DNA of 49,558 nucleotides from Planctomycetota bacterium (GTDB lineage Bacteria; Planctomycetota; UBA8742; SKZP01), in the NCBI GenBank assembly GCA_050249295.1, contig JBFWQT010000003.1, forward strand, positions 1-49,558, given 5' to 3'. The position numbers and the translations under genes were made by a program. How positions within the stretch are numbered: position 1 is the stretch's first letter; every line of letters starts with the position of its first letter. The notes beneath the pieces were generated by a model. It worked only from the letters and a program-made list of their open reading frames with translations. It did no database searches and was not told the DNA's origin. Shown here piece by piece: positions 39,790 through 49,558 of the stretch.

Positions 39790-40551
39790 GTGCCGAACAC
39801 ATTCCGTCGACTGGTCCGCGTCTGGCATGCGTGGATTGTGTTGCTCGCCGCTGCGATCGCCACGGGCTGCGGCCCGGCCAGTGCGCCGCGCCCGATGGCC
39901 AGCAACGACAACGCGCGCCCGACCGCGAATGAAGCGCCAGCACCGACACCGCCCACGCCACCGCCGCCGGTCGCGACGCTGCGCATCCGCGGCGTGATCG
40001 TGGACGAACAAGGCGCGCCGCTCGCACAGGCCACGATCACGTGGCATCGAGTGATCGAGGGCCAGAAGCCACAGTGGGGCGGGCAAGTGGTGTCGGACGA
40101 CGAGGGGCGGTTCGCCGTCGAGAAGCTGCGCGAAGGCGAGCGGGTGCTGCTCGTCGGCCGCGCGATCGGCTTCATCGAGCCGAGCGCGCTGGAGCCCGCA
40201 GGCGAGGCGGTGGAAGCCGGGCGTGACGACGCACGCGTGGTGATGAAACGCGGGCAGTCGATCGCGGGCACGCTGGTCGGGCCGGATGGCAAGCCGCTGG
40301 GTGGCGTGAACGTGGTGCTCGCCTGGCCACGCACGGGTCGCCTGCTGAAGGCAACGGCGGTTCGCTCGGCCGACGACGGGACCTTCGACTTCGACGGGCT
40401 CGAGCCGGGCACGTACCAGTTGCGCGCGACTGACAACGCACTCGCGAATATCACCGATGTGAACGACGTAGTGGTGGGGGCCGATGCGCCGGTGGCCGGG
40501 TTTGTACTGCGCGCGTCGCGCGTGCCAGCGGCTGACGATGGCGACGAGTAG
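39790..40551 (+). CDS. Lipoprotein with two carboxypeptidase-regulatory-like (prealbumin-fold) domains
   Basis: CAGGAG RBS, GTG start, lipobox IATGC, IRGVIVDEQGAPL…SDDEGRF and IAGTLVGPDGKPL…SADDGTF…GLEPGTY. Confidence 0.85.
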   Translation: MPNTFRRLVRVWHAWIVLLAAAIATGCGPASAPRPMASNDNARPTANEAPAPTPPTPPPPVATLRIRGVIVDEQGAPLAQATITWHRVIEGQKPQWGGQVVSDDEGRFAVEKLREGERVLLVGRAIGFIEPSALEPAGEAVEAGRDDARVVMKRGQSIAGTLVGPDGKPLGGVNVVLAWPRTGRLLKATAVRSADDGTFDFDGLEPGTYQLRATDNALANITDVNDVVVGADAPVAGFVLRASRVPAADDGDE

Positions 40552-40633
40552 TGTCGAGATGGCGGGTCACCGCACCCCGATGTGCCGTGACATCGTATGG
40601 TGGCCGCATGCTCATGCCGTACCCCGGTCATTC

Positions 40634-41554
40634 ATGACGACGCCGACTGAAAACCCGCGCCCCGATTTCATGGATCTGTGGGACTTCCGCGACCCGGCTG
40701 CGACCGAGGCGAAGTTCCGCGACCAACTGCCGGCTATTCGCGCGGCGGGCGACGTCTCGACGCTGGTGCAACTGCTGACCCAGATTGCGCGCTGCGAAGG
40801 CCTGCAGCGCCGCCTCGACGACGCGCACCGCACGCTGGACGAGGCGCATGCCCTGCTCGCCGACGCGGATCTGCCGGTCGCACGGCTGCGGTACCTGCTG
40901 GAGCGCGGTCGCGCCTTTGACAGCGCCCGGCACGCTCCGGGGACAAAGCAGCCCGACAAGGCGCGGCCGCTGTACACCGAGGCGTTCGAACTCGGTCGCG
41001 AGCGCGGCTTCCACCGCCTTGCGCTCGACGCATCGCACATGCTCGGCATCATCGAGCCGCCGGACCTGGCGCTGGAGTGGAACCTGCGGTCGATCGAGCT
41101 GGCCGAGCAGACCACCGACGACGGCGCGCGCGGCTGGCTCGGCCCGCTCTACAACAACACCGGCTGGACGCATCACGAGGCCGGCCGCTTCGACGCGGCG
41201 CTCGACATGTTCGGCAAGTCGCTCGCGTACCGGCAGTCGCAGAATCAGCCGGTAGAGGTGTGTATCGCGAAGTGGAGTGTCGCGCGCTGCCTGCGTTCGC
41301 TCGGCCGCAACGACGAGGCGCTGACGATGCAGCGCGCGCTGATCGACGAGTGGATCGAGGCCGGCAAGGAGGAGGTCGGCTACGTCTCGGAAGAGCTTGG
41401 CAATTGCCTGTGGGAGCTGGGCCAGCGCGACGAGGCCCGCCGCTGGTTTGCGCGTGCGCACGAACGCCTCTCGGCCAACGAGGCATGGCTGCTGACCGAC
41501 GAAGCGGACCGCATGGCACGGCTGAAGCGGCTGGCAGAGGGCGCGGACGAGTAG
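40634..41554 (+). CDS. Tetratricopeptide-repeat protein
   Basis: DLWDFRDPAATE, LLTQIAR..GLQ, LYNNTGW, WSVARCLRSLGR, EELGNCL helical repeats. Confidence 0.82.
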   Translation: MTTPTENPRPDFMDLWDFRDPAATEAKFRDQLPAIRAAGDVSTLVQLLTQIARCEGLQRRLDDAHRTLDEAHALLADADLPVARLRYLLERGRAFDSARHAPGTKQPDKARPLYTEAFELGRERGFHRLALDASHMLGIIEPPDLALEWNLRSIELAEQTTDDGARGWLGPLYNNTGWTHHEAGRFDAALDMFGKSLAYRQSQNQPVEVCIAKWSVARCLRSLGRNDEALTMQRALIDEWIEAGKEEVGYVSEELGNCLWELGQRDEARRWFARAHERLSANEAWLLTDEADRMARLKRLAEGADE

Positions 41555-41557
41555 CGT

Positions 41558-42478
41558 TCAGCGGTTGTACGGCGGCACGGGGCCACGCAGATCGGTCCAC
41601 ACCGCGTCGCACTCCAGCAGCACGTCGGCACCCAGCGGGCCGGCCTGGAGCGCCGCGAGGTTGGCCTCGAGCTGCGGCATACTCGTGGCGCCGAGCAGCA
41701 GCCCGTCGGCGGTCTGCGCGATCCACTGCAGCGCGAGTTCGAGCAGCGTCCTGCCGGCGGCCTGCGCAATCTGCTCCAGTCGCGTGACCGCATCGAACAG
41801 CGCCGGATGCCAGAAGCGGCGGCGGTACATCTCGTTGCCGTCGAAGCGCGTGCCCGCGGCCGGCTCACTGCCGCCGTCATGCTTGCCGGTCAGCAGCCCG
41901 CCAGCCAGCTGGTTGTAGGCCAGCGTGACGATGCGGTACTTGCGCGCAAACGGCACCCACTCCTGCTCCAGGTTGCGCGTCATCACGTTCCACATCTGCT
42001 GCGCCAGCGCCGGCGTGTGCCCGGCCGCGACCATCTCCATCACCTGCCACGCCGCAAAATTGCTGACCCCGAAGCGCGCCGCCTTGCCCGCCGCAAACAC
42101 ATCGGCGAACGCCGCGAGCGACTCGTCGATCGGCGTGGTCGGGTCGGGCTGGTGCATGAAGTACGTGTCCACGCGATCCAGGCCGAGCCGTTGCAGACTG
42201 CCGTCGATCGAGGCGGCGATCCACTTGCGCGACAGGCCGGAATCCGGCGGCGCGGCGCCGTAGCGCGCACCCACCTTGGTGGAGACGATAATGTCGTCCG
42301 GCCGGATGCCCAGCGCGCGAATGGCGCGGCCGAGCATCTCCTCCGACTTGCCGGCGTTGTACGCGTCGGCCGTGTCGAAGCGCGTGATGCCCGCGTCGAG
42401 GCAGCGGCGCAGCATCTGTTGCGCGAGGGTATCGTCCACGCGCGACCCGAACGGCATGCATCCGAACCAGAGTTCCAT
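41558..42478 (-). CDS. Aldo/keto reductase
   Basis: GCMPFG, FDTADAY, STKVG, SLQRLGLDRVDTYFMHQPD, GVSNF, LAGGLLTGK. Confidence 0.95.
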   Translation of the reverse strand: MELWFGCMPFGSRVDDTLAQQMLRRCLDAGITRFDTADAYNAGKSEEMLGRAIRALGIRPDDIIVSTKVGARYGAAPPDSGLSRKWIAASIDGSLQRLGLDRVDTYFMHQPDPTTPIDESLAAFADVFAAGKAARFGVSNFAAWQVMEMVAAGHTPALAQQMWNVMTRNLEQEWVPFARKYRIVTLAYNQLAGGLLTGKHDGGSEPAAGTRFDGNEMYRRRFWHPALFDAVTRLEQIAQAAGRTLLELALQWIAQTADGLLLGATSMPQLEANLAALQAGPLGADVLLECDAVWTDLRGPVPPYNR

Positions 42479-42496
42479 CGCAGCTCCCGGGGTCAG

Positions 42497-42916
42497 TCAG
42501 TCGCCGATCGTTGCGACCACCTTCAGTTCAATCGCGATCGGCGTCGGCAGCGCGTTGATCTCGATCGTCGTACGGCACGGCGGGTTCTCGGCGAAGTGCT
42601 CGGCCCACAGCCGGTTGTAGGTCGGGAAGTCGGCCTTCATGTTCGTGAGAAAGACTGTCACGTCGACCATCCGCTCCCAGCTGCTGCCGGCGTCCTCGAG
42701 GATCGCGCGCACATTGGCGAACACGCTGCGGCACTGCTCGGCGATGTCGTAGCTGATGATGGTGCCGTCCGCGTCCTGCGTCACGCCGGGGATCTGCTTG
42801 CTGCCGCGCGCGCGCGGACCGACGCCGGAGAGGAACAGCAGGTTGCCGACACGGCGGGCGTGCGGGTAGAGGCCGACCGGTTCGGGTGCGCGGTTGCTGT
42901 CGAGTCGTTCGTTCAT
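42497..42916 (-). CDS. RidA/YjgF family deaminase (2-aminomuconate deaminase-like)
   Basis: APEPVGLYPHARRVGNLLFLSG, VDVTVFLTNM, PCRTTIEI..LPTPIAIELK. Confidence 0.92.
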   Translation of the reverse strand: MNERLDSNRAPEPVGLYPHARRVGNLLFLSGVGPRARGSKQIPGVTQDADGTIISYDIAEQCRSVFANVRAILEDAGSSWERMVDVTVFLTNMKADFPTYNRLWAEHFAENPPCRTTIEINALPTPIAIELKVVATIGD

Positions 42917-43347
42917 GCGGTCAGGCTCCGCAGGTCGTCGGCCGGGAACTCCACAATGGTCTCGCCGGCGTCGTAGTGGGTGTAGCGCGCCCACGTCGGG
43001 CGCACGCGGAAGTGGGTGATGCCGGGCCAGGCAAGTCGGTCGCGGCCGTCGGGATAGGGTACGAAGTACGCCGCCAGGATGCGCTCGCGCTCCGCGCCGG
43101 TCGGCTCGTCGGCGATGCCGTCGATCTGCACGGTGGTCTGGTCCCAGCCGATGACCACAGCGATGCGCGGATCGGCGCGGAGGTTCCGCGCCTTGCGTGA
43201 CGAGCCGAGGGTGTCGAACACGATCTCCAGGTGATCGGTGATCGCGATGCCGACGACCGCCGACTGCGGCGCGCCGTCCGACGAGACGGTGGAGACGACG
43301 GCGAGGCGCTGTGTGCGCAGGAAGCTGAGCAGGTCGCGTCGGTCCAT
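42913..43347 (-). CDS. Pyridoxamine 5'-phosphate oxidase-like (split-barrel) protein
   Basis: LAVVSTV..DGAPQSA, FDT..SRKARNL..DPRIAVVIGW, VQIDG.A. Confidence 0.88.
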   Translation of the reverse strand: MDRRDLLSFLRTQRLAVVSTVSSDGAPQSAVVGIAITDHLEIVFDTLGSSRKARNLRADPRIAVVIGWDQTTVQIDGIADEPTGAERERILAAYFVPYPDGRDRLAWPGITHFRVRPTWARYTHYDAGETIVEFPADDLRSLTA

Positions 43348-43435
43348 GATCACATCGCCTCGTCGAAGCGTGCTCCGCGCTCGTCGAAGTGCTCCGTCGA
43401 GATCGCAGGTTCAAGCGCGCACATCACCGCTCGCA

Positions 43436-44596
43436 TCAGCGGATGTGGAACACTTCGTCCTTGTAGGCCGGCTTGCCCTTCGTGCCGGGGACCACCTTGT
43501 GCCACGCGCTGGTGTCGTTCATCGGCGTCCAGCGGCGCTCCTCGGTGCGGTAGTGCCAGTCCTTGTTCACCTGGTAGTAGATCTGGACGTTGCGCCCCTC
43601 GAGAATGTTGATGATCTCGTTGTTGTGATAGTTGTGCTCGTCGAAGTCGGTGACGGCCATCTGGCCCATCTCCGAGTACAGCTCGTTGAGCTCGAGCAGC
43701 AGGTCGTTCATGCCCATGTCCAGCTTCACCGCGTTCAGGCCGATGCGCTGCGCCTCGGTCATCGTGATCGGGTAGCTGTGCGAGGGGTAGTCCTCGTTGA
43801 GCGTGCCGCTGATCGCCGCGATCTTCTTCGGGTCGCTCATGTGCAGCGACAGGATCTCGCTGCAGATGCGGTGCGACAGCGAACTGGCGCGATCGACCGC
43901 GCCGATCACCAGCGGATGGATGTGGTCGAACAGCTGCTCGTACGGGTTGCCGCTGTTGACGATCGCGTGGTGCGTGTCGATCCGGGCTGCTCCGTTGCCA
44001 CCGCTGGCCGCCGTCTTGACGGCCTTGGCCGCCGCCCGGCGCACGCGCTTGGCCACGGCCGCGCCGTTGCCGGTGTCGGTGCTGCCCCCGCCACTTCCGT
44101 TGTTCACCTTCTGCCACAGGCCGATCACGCGGGCGAGTTCGTCCTGGCTCACCGCCACGCGATCGTTGCGGTTGTCCACCGGCGAGAGGTCGTGCGTCAG
44201 CGACGTATCGACCGGCGTGAGATACGCCAGCGGCCCCATTTCAATCGAGTCCGCCCCGATCGCCAGCATCGTCGCCGCCGACGCGCAGTTCAGCGGGATC
44301 ATCGCCGTCACGCGCTTCACGTGCTGGCGCAGCAGGTGCACCATGCGCAGCGACGCGAGGCCGTAGCCGCCGTCCGACTTGATGAACAGCGACACGCGGT
44401 CGCGTTTGCCGATCGTGCGGAAGATCTCGTAGAACGCGACGACGTCCGCCCGGCAGACGTTGCCGCTCGGCGAGTTCCAGTACGCCAGCATCGAGTGGCC
44501 GAGCTTCTTCTCGATCGCGGCGATCACCTTCTGGGTGGCCTTGAACAGCACCGGCGGCTTGCGGATCGCTTTGCGTTTCTCGGGATCAATCGGCAT
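43436..44596 (-). CDS. SDH-family Clp-fold serine proteinase
   Basis: IKSDGG, CASAATMLAIGADSIEMGP.AYLTPVD, HSYPIT..EA..IGL. Confidence 0.82.
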   Translation of the reverse strand: MPIDPEKRKAIRKPPVLFKATQKVIAAIEKKLGHSMLAYWNSPSGNVCRADVVAFYEIFRTIGKRDRVSLFIKSDGGYGLASLRMVHLLRQHVKRVTAMIPLNCASAATMLAIGADSIEMGPLAYLTPVDTSLTHDLSPVDNRNDRVAVSQDELARVIGLWQKVNNGSGGGSTDTGNGAAVAKRVRRAAAKAVKTAASGGNGAARIDTHHAIVNSGNPYEQLFDHIHPLVIGAVDRASSLSHRICSEILSLHMSDPKKIAAISGTLNEDYPSHSYPITMTEAQRIGLNAVKLDMGMNDLLLELNELYSEMGQMAVTDFDEHNYHNNEIINILEGRNVQIYYQVNKDWHYRTEERRWTPMNDTSAWHKVVPGTKGKPAYKDEVFHIR

Positions 44597-44683
44597 GGAT
44601 CAATTGGTGTCGGTGTGGCGGCCGGGGCGAACGTAGCGATGGTAATACGACATCCGACGGCGGTTCGCGACGCCGAGGCGGCG

Positions 44684-46564
44684 TCAGCGCGCGCGAAAGA
44701 AGCAGAGCACCCCCTCCGCGATCACGGCCAGACGACGGCGGTCCGGCGAGCAGGCAATCGCGCTGAACGACTGCCGCGTGTGGCGCAGGAAATCGTCGGG
44801 CACCGTGGGTACAGCGCGAGCCGGCGGGCACGGCGCCTTCTGCAGACTGCGGCCGGTGGCGATGCGATGCCAGCTCACCGACTCGTCGCGGAACGCCACC
44901 GCCACCTCGCGACCGCCCGGCGAGAAGCCCACCGCCAGCCCGCTGTTCGCCATGTCCGGCGCGCGCAGGGGCACGCCCAGAACCTGGCGCCCGCTGGCAG
45001 TGTCGAAGACGAGCAGCCGCTGACCGTGCATGGCCAGCTGCGTGCCGTCTGGCGAGAACGCGGCGATGTGCGGCCAGGCCTCGTCGCGATGCGGCTCCGG
45101 CTGCAGCATCACCACGCGCGAGCCGTCGAGCCGCATCACGCGGTCGGCGTACGCCACAACCTTGCCATCTTGCGAAAGCGCCAGCGGGCAGCGCGTCTCG
45201 GCGCCGGACTCGAACTCGGGCAGCACGCGCTCGAACAGCACCCGGCCGTTGGCCGACTCGAGCACGACCAGGTGTTCGTCCGTTGCGGCCGCGACGATGC
45301 GGCCGTCCGGCGTGGCCGCGAGGTGGTCGCGCAGGGTGGCAATCTGCGGCCGCTCGCCGACGGCCCGCGCGGTGTCCGCGTTGAACAACGTGCCGGTGTC
45401 GGTCAGCACCGTGGTCTCGTCGATCCACACGAGGCGCGCCGGCGGCAGGTGCCAGCTCGCCGAGAGGCGCCGTCGCTCCGGCACGCTCCACACTTCGGAG
45501 CCGTGCAGCAGCAGCGAACCGTCAGGCGAGAAGAACGTGGTCGGCGGGACGCGATGCGCCACGCCGGGAAACTCGAACAGCGGCTGCGGCCCGGCCGGCA
45601 GATCCAGTCGGCTGACGACCACACCGCGTTCGTTGCCCAGCGCGAGCCAGGTCATGTCGTCGGACACCGCCAGCACCTGGTCCCGCAGGTAGTGGAGCGC
45701 GCGACCGCCGTGCTCGATGTCGTGCATGCTCGCGCTGAAGTCGGCGATCAACAGCGCGAAGCGATTGCATGGCGAGATCGCCGCGGCGTCCGTCTGCGCG
45801 CTTGGCCGTTCGAGTTCGGCGACCACTTCCCCGGACGATACATCGAGCACCTGCACATTGCGGTCACTCACAAGAATGCGGCTGCAGTCCGGCGACAAAG
45901 CCAGACGTACTCTTGCACCATCGAACCCGCAGGGAAGTGTGCGGTCCACCCGGCCGGTGACAGGATTGAAGACCAGCAACCGGCGAAAGGCGGCGATCGC
46001 CATCGGCGAACCATGACTCGAGCGGCCAGCGGGAAGTGACAGCAGCTGGTTCTCGTGCAGCTGCCACACGACCATTCCCGACGGCACGTGGATACATATC
46101 AGTCGGTGCTGGTTGCCGACCGCAGTGGCCAACACATGATCGCTGTCGGCACCCCAGCGCCACCCGATCACCCGCAGCGCAAGATCGTTGTCCGCCACGC
46201 GCAGCTCGACGCGGCCCGGCGTGCGCAGCGACTGCACGATGCCGTCGCGCGACAGCACCCAGCGGCCATCCGGCGAGATCGGCCCCGGCGCCGGCATCGG
46301 ATTCTGCGCGACAGCGACAAACTCCCACGCGGCCGGCGAGTCGGCCGCGGCAAGGCGCGCCATGTGGAACGGCAACGCGGCGGTGTCGTCGTGCGTCAGG
46401 CCGCGCGCTTCGGGCAGCGGCACACGCGTGCCGGGTGCAAACGGCAACCAGGTCTGATCGATCGTCGTTCGCGCCGGCAGGCTGCCGCACGCGATGCGAT
46501 CAAGCATGCCGAGCTTCGCGTCCTCACCGGTCGGAGGCGTCCAGTCGCGCTGATCGCGGTTCAT
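44684..46564 (-). CDS. WD40/beta-propeller repeat protein
   Basis: Repeated ISPDGR, LSPDCS, FSPDGS, LSQDGK, FSPDGT, FSPGGR blades; start at MNRDQ, 5 nt after the upstream stop. Confidence 0.75.
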   Translation of the reverse strand: MNRDQRDWTPPTGEDAKLGMLDRIACGSLPARTTIDQTWLPFAPGTRVPLPEARGLTHDDTAALPFHMARLAAADSPAAWEFVAVAQNPMPAPGPISPDGRWVLSRDGIVQSLRTPGRVELRVADNDLALRVIGWRWGADSDHVLATAVGNQHRLICIHVPSGMVVWQLHENQLLSLPAGRSSHGSPMAIAAFRRLLVFNPVTGRVDRTLPCGFDGARVRLALSPDCSRILVSDRNVQVLDVSSGEVVAELERPSAQTDAAAISPCNRFALLIADFSASMHDIEHGGRALHYLRDQVLAVSDDMTWLALGNERGVVVSRLDLPAGPQPLFEFPGVAHRVPPTTFFSPDGSLLLHGSEVWSVPERRRLSASWHLPPARLVWIDETTVLTDTGTLFNADTARAVGERPQIATLRDHLAATPDGRIVAAATDEHLVVLESANGRVLFERVLPEFESGAETRCPLALSQDGKVVAYADRVMRLDGSRVVMLQPEPHRDEAWPHIAAFSPDGTQLAMHGQRLLVFDTASGRQVLGVPLRAPDMANSGLAVGFSPGGREVAVAFRDESVSWHRIATGRSLQKAPCPPARAVPTVPDDFLRHTRQSFSAIACSPDRRRLAVIAEGVLCFFRAR

Positions 46565-46569
46565 CGCGA

Positions 46570-47193
46570 TCACGCCCACCCGTCGAGCAGCCGCGTGAGC
46601 AGTTCGCCGAGGCCCTCGTCGGCGTTGATCGCCTTCACCGGCGACATCGCCAGCAGCGTGACGCGCGCCTCGTTGACCGTCGCCGTCTCCAGCGGGTCGC
46701 GGTCGTGCAGGCGGGCGAAGGCCAGCGTGATGATCGCCGAGCGCAGCAGGTTGGCGCGCACGCGCATCGAGAGTGGCGAGTAGCGGGCCGGATGCACATG
46801 CACGTGGCGGCCATCCACCGGCGCCTCGCGCAGCACCCAGCGCGACGTGTCGCTGAGCTCGAGCGTCGCGTAGCCCTCGGTACGTTCCAACCACGTGCGG
46901 AACGCGTCGATCGGCCCGGCCCCGGCCGCGTGCAGTTGCGCCGACACCTCGGCCGCAATCGCCTCGGGCGTGAGCGCGCCGAGGTACAGGTCCATCAGCG
47001 CCGCGCCGATCTGCAGCAGGCGGTCGGGCAACGCGCTCACCGCGGCCACGCCCTCGGCGACGGTGGCATCAATGCGCTGGCGGATGATGCCGGCGTGATG
47101 CTTCCAGCAATTCATCAGCATCGGCGGCGGGATCGCGTCGTCGATCTCGGCCGGGCCATGTTCGAATGAATGGACGTAGGGCGTGTCGGTCAT
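46570..47193 (-). CDS. Hypothetical protein
   Basis: NCWKHH, IG..LMDLY.G.L, DTSRWVLR…HVHVHPARYSP.S.RVRA; coding-like GC3. Confidence 0.75.
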   Translation of the reverse strand: MTDTPYVHSFEHGPAEIDDAIPPPMLMNCWKHHAGIIRQRIDATVAEGVAAVSALPDRLLQIGAALMDLYLGALTPEAIAAEVSAQLHAAGAGPIDAFRTWLERTEGYATLELSDTSRWVLREAPVDGRHVHVHPARYSPLSMRVRANLLRSAIITLAFARLHDRDPLETATVNEARVTLLAMSPVKAINADEGLGELLTRLLDGWA

Positions 47194-47429
47194 GGGTGTG
47201 GGTGACCGTCGGGAAGCAAGAACCGCCGCTCGAGTCGAATCGGGCACCGGAGGCTGCGCAATGCGGCGTGCGCCAGTCTACCGCAAGGACGACGGGGCTC
47301 ACAGACCACCGCCGCGGCCAGGCCGCGTTGATGGTGGAGTTCGGCTGTGCGTCGGTTGCCGCAACCCGCCCAGCGGTGTACACACGCGGTCGCATTGCCA
47401 ATCGAGTCTGCCGCCGCCCGCCGCACGGG

Positions 47430-49558
47430 ATGACCACCGAGCGTTTCGCACGGAAATTCGAGCGCTGGAAGTCGGCGCTGATCGACCTTACCGGGCGCAA
47501 CCGGCTGCTGCGTCATCGGCCTTCGCGCTCGGCGAGCCTGCAGCTCAAGCGGCCCGGCGCCGTCGCGCTGTTCAACCGGCTCGTCGTCGAGGACAAGGCG
47601 TTCCGCGTTTGCCTGAAGGACCCGGACGCCGAGGAACGCGAGAAGCGCAAGCTCGCGAAGGCGAAGAAGAAGGCCTCGAAGGCCGCGAAGAAGAAGAAGG
47701 GCAAGGGCCGCGGCAAGAAGGTGGCCGCCGACCTCGAAGCGACCGACGCGACCGACTTCGGCACCGAGCTCACCGACGCCACGGCCGACGACGACGGCGA
47801 CGGCGACGACCTGGACACGCTGGCCGGCGACGTCGCGCCGAAGACCGGTGCGACCCCGGCTGCTCCGCGCGGCGGCTACGCCACGCCCGACGACGCGATC
47901 GAACTGCGTGACGACGAATGCCTCGCGCATCGCCGCGGCAAGAAGGCCGAGCGCTGTTGCACGCACCTGATGCGAGCGCTGCGCCAGGGCCTCGAGGAGC
48001 AGGGCATCCACGTGCTCTACCTGACGTTCGGCATGATCCGCTGGACCGAAGAGGAGAAGGCGCGCGAGCGCGACTGGGTCGCGCCGATGATCGTGGTGCC
48101 GGTGGGCCTTGAACGGCGCAGCATGCGCGACCCGTTCCGCATCGTGCCGGTTGAAGAGGAGCCGCGGATCAACCCGGCGCTGATCGAGAAGCTGCGCATC
48201 GGGATGAACATCACGCTCCCGCCGCTGCCCGAAGACCTGGCGACGTTCGACCCGGTGGCGTGGGCAACGGAGGTCCACGAGATCGTGCGGCCGCTGAAGG
48301 GCTGGGAGGTGACCGCCGACGAGGTCTGGCTCGACCGCTTCGACTTCGCGAAGGTGGCGATGTACCAGGACCTGCTGGCCAATCCGCAGACCTACGAACA
48401 GCACGCCATCGTTCGCGCGCTGGCTGGCGAGACCGAGGGCATCCCGCAGCCGCTCACCGATGTGCCGACCGCCGCGCGGCTCGATCAACTCGTGCCGGTC
48501 AATCAGCAGTGGCACGTGCTCGACGCTGACTCGAGCCAGCACGAGGCGATCGAACTCGTTCGTCGCGGCAGCAGCCTGGTGCTGGAAGGCCCGCCGGGCA
48601 CGGGCAAGAGCCAGACGATCACCAACATCATTTCGGAGTTGCTGGCCGCCGGCAAACGGGTGCTGTTCGTGTCCGAGAAGCGGGCCGCGCTCGAGGTGGT
48701 GTGGCGCCGCCTGCACGGCGTGGGCCTCGGCGACTACGCGCTCGACCTGCACAACCCGCGGCAGGTCAATCGCAAGACCGTCGCACACGACCTCTACAAC
48801 GCGTGGCGCGGCATCCGGCACACGCCGTCGGCGCCGTTCGTCGACTTCGGCCAGGTGCAGACCTATCGCGACCGGCTCAACGCGTACGTCGACGCACTGC
48901 ACACGCCGCTCGGTCGCCTGCAGCTGTCGCCGTGGGAGGGCTACCAGAAGTACTGGGAAGTCGTCGACGCGGCCGACGTGCGCTGGTCGTGGCCCGATCC
49001 GCTGGGCATGACGCCCGAGCTGCTGCGCCGCCTCGAGGAGGGCGTCGAGCGGCTGACCAACCACATGCCGATCCTGCGCGACCGCTCGGCGCATCCGTGG
49101 TCGTTCGTGGACACGGTCGATACCAGCCTGAAGTTCCGCGAGAACGTCGAAGATGAGTTCCGCGATGCGCTGAAGAACCTGCGCCTCGCGGCCGACTGGT
49201 CGCACCGCACGGCCGAGGCGCTGGGCGTGAGCGAGCCGGAGTCGCTGGCGCAGGCCGAGCAGTTCGCGTCGGCGATCGCCTCGCTGCTCACGTGGCCGCA
49301 TGCCGCGCCGCCGCCGTCGTGGTTCTGGCTGGCCAACCTGGCCGAGACGCTGGAGCTGGTGCGCGAAGCCGGTCGGCGCGGACCGCGCCTGGTGGCCAAC
49401 GAGAAGTCGCTGCTCGCGCACTACCACGAAGACCTGCTGCAGGAGCCTGACCTGCGCGGCCTGCTGGCGCGCGCCAACTCGCGCATCGGCTGGGGCGCGT
49501 CGCTCTTCCGCTGGCTCAATCCGGGCTACTGGTCCGACCGCAAGCGCATCTTCAACTA
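47430..49558 (+). CDS. DUF4011-domain superfamily-1 (DNA2/NAM7-like) helicase, partial (runs off right edge)
   Basis: Not in the ORF track. Manual translation MTTERFARKFERWKSALIDLTGRNRLL…; in-frame Walker A GPPGTGKSQTITNII (48588 onward) and VLFVSEKRAALEVV. Confidence 0.9.
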   Translation, partial: MTTERFARKFERWKSALIDLTGRNRLLRHRPSRSASLQLKRPGAVALFNRLVVEDKAFRVCLKDPDAEEREKRKLAKAKKKASKAAKKKKGKGRGKKVAADLEATDATDFGTELTDATADDDGDGDDLDTLAGDVAPKTGATPAAPRGGYATPDDAIELRDDECLAHRRGKKAERCCTHLMRALRQGLEEQGIHVLYLTFGMIRWTEEEKARERDWVAPMIVVPVGLERRSMRDPFRIVPVEEEPRINPALIEKLRIGMNITLPPLPEDLATFDPVAWATEVHEIVRPLKGWEVTADEVWLDRFDFAKVAMYQDLLANPQTYEQHAIVRALAGETEGIPQPLTDVPTAARLDQLVPVNQQWHVLDADSSQHEAIELVRRGSSLVLEGPPGTGKSQTITNIISELLAAGKRVLFVSEKRAALEVVWRRLHGVGLGDYALDLHNPRQVNRKTVAHDLYNAWRGIRHTPSAPFVDFGQVQTYRDRLNAYVDALHTPLGRLQLSPWEGYQKYWEVVDAADVRWSWPDPLGMTPELLRRLEEGVERLTNHMPILRDRSAHPWSFVDTVDTSLKFRENVEDEFRDALKNLRLAADWSHRTAEALGVSEPESLAQAEQFASAIASLLTWPHAAPPPSWFWLANLAETLELVREAGRRGPRLVANEKSLLAHYHEDLLQEPDLRGLLARANSRIGWGASLFRWLNPGYWSDRKRIFN

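Noticed and set aside
41558-43347. AKR-RidA-PNPOx trio as a novel pathway
   Set aside because: Common housekeeping/detoxification families with no pathway-defining enzyme nearby.

Overview
High-GC bacterial window with no rRNA, tRNA, CRISPR array or transposase. The DWG-type Hanks kinases, prenyltransferase-repeat protein and REP-like palindromes suggest Planctomycetota (inference). Left to right: (1) a minus-strand sulfur-relay operon of peroxiredoxin, JAMM/M67 protease, MoaD/ThiS-like carrier ending GG-ATN and a probable rhodanese-MoeB running off the left edge. It is preceded by an unannotated 11-codon ORF MLMTLACTCCC in a structured leader that looks like a cysteine-sensing attenuator. 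(2) A secreted prenyltransferase-repeat protein, a four-gene ABC-2 transporter, a lipoprotein serpin and a PP2C phosphatase. (3) A membrane/HEAT protein, a response regulator, hypotheticals and an orphan AmrA. (4) A small surface-polysaccharide cluster. (5) A signalling-rich region with three Hanks kinases (TPR, STAS, WD40) and a pseudokinase, plus cysC, a pentaheme cytochrome, an isochorismatase, an orphan OppB and a methyltransferase. (6) AKR, RidA, PNPOx, SDH-family protease, WD40 and hypothetical genes, and a DUF4011 SF1 helicase running off the right edge. Best candidates for new biology: the polycysteine-leader attenuator and the Prx + ubiquitin-like + E1 + JAMM operon it appears to control. 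All calls are by eye; no searches were run.
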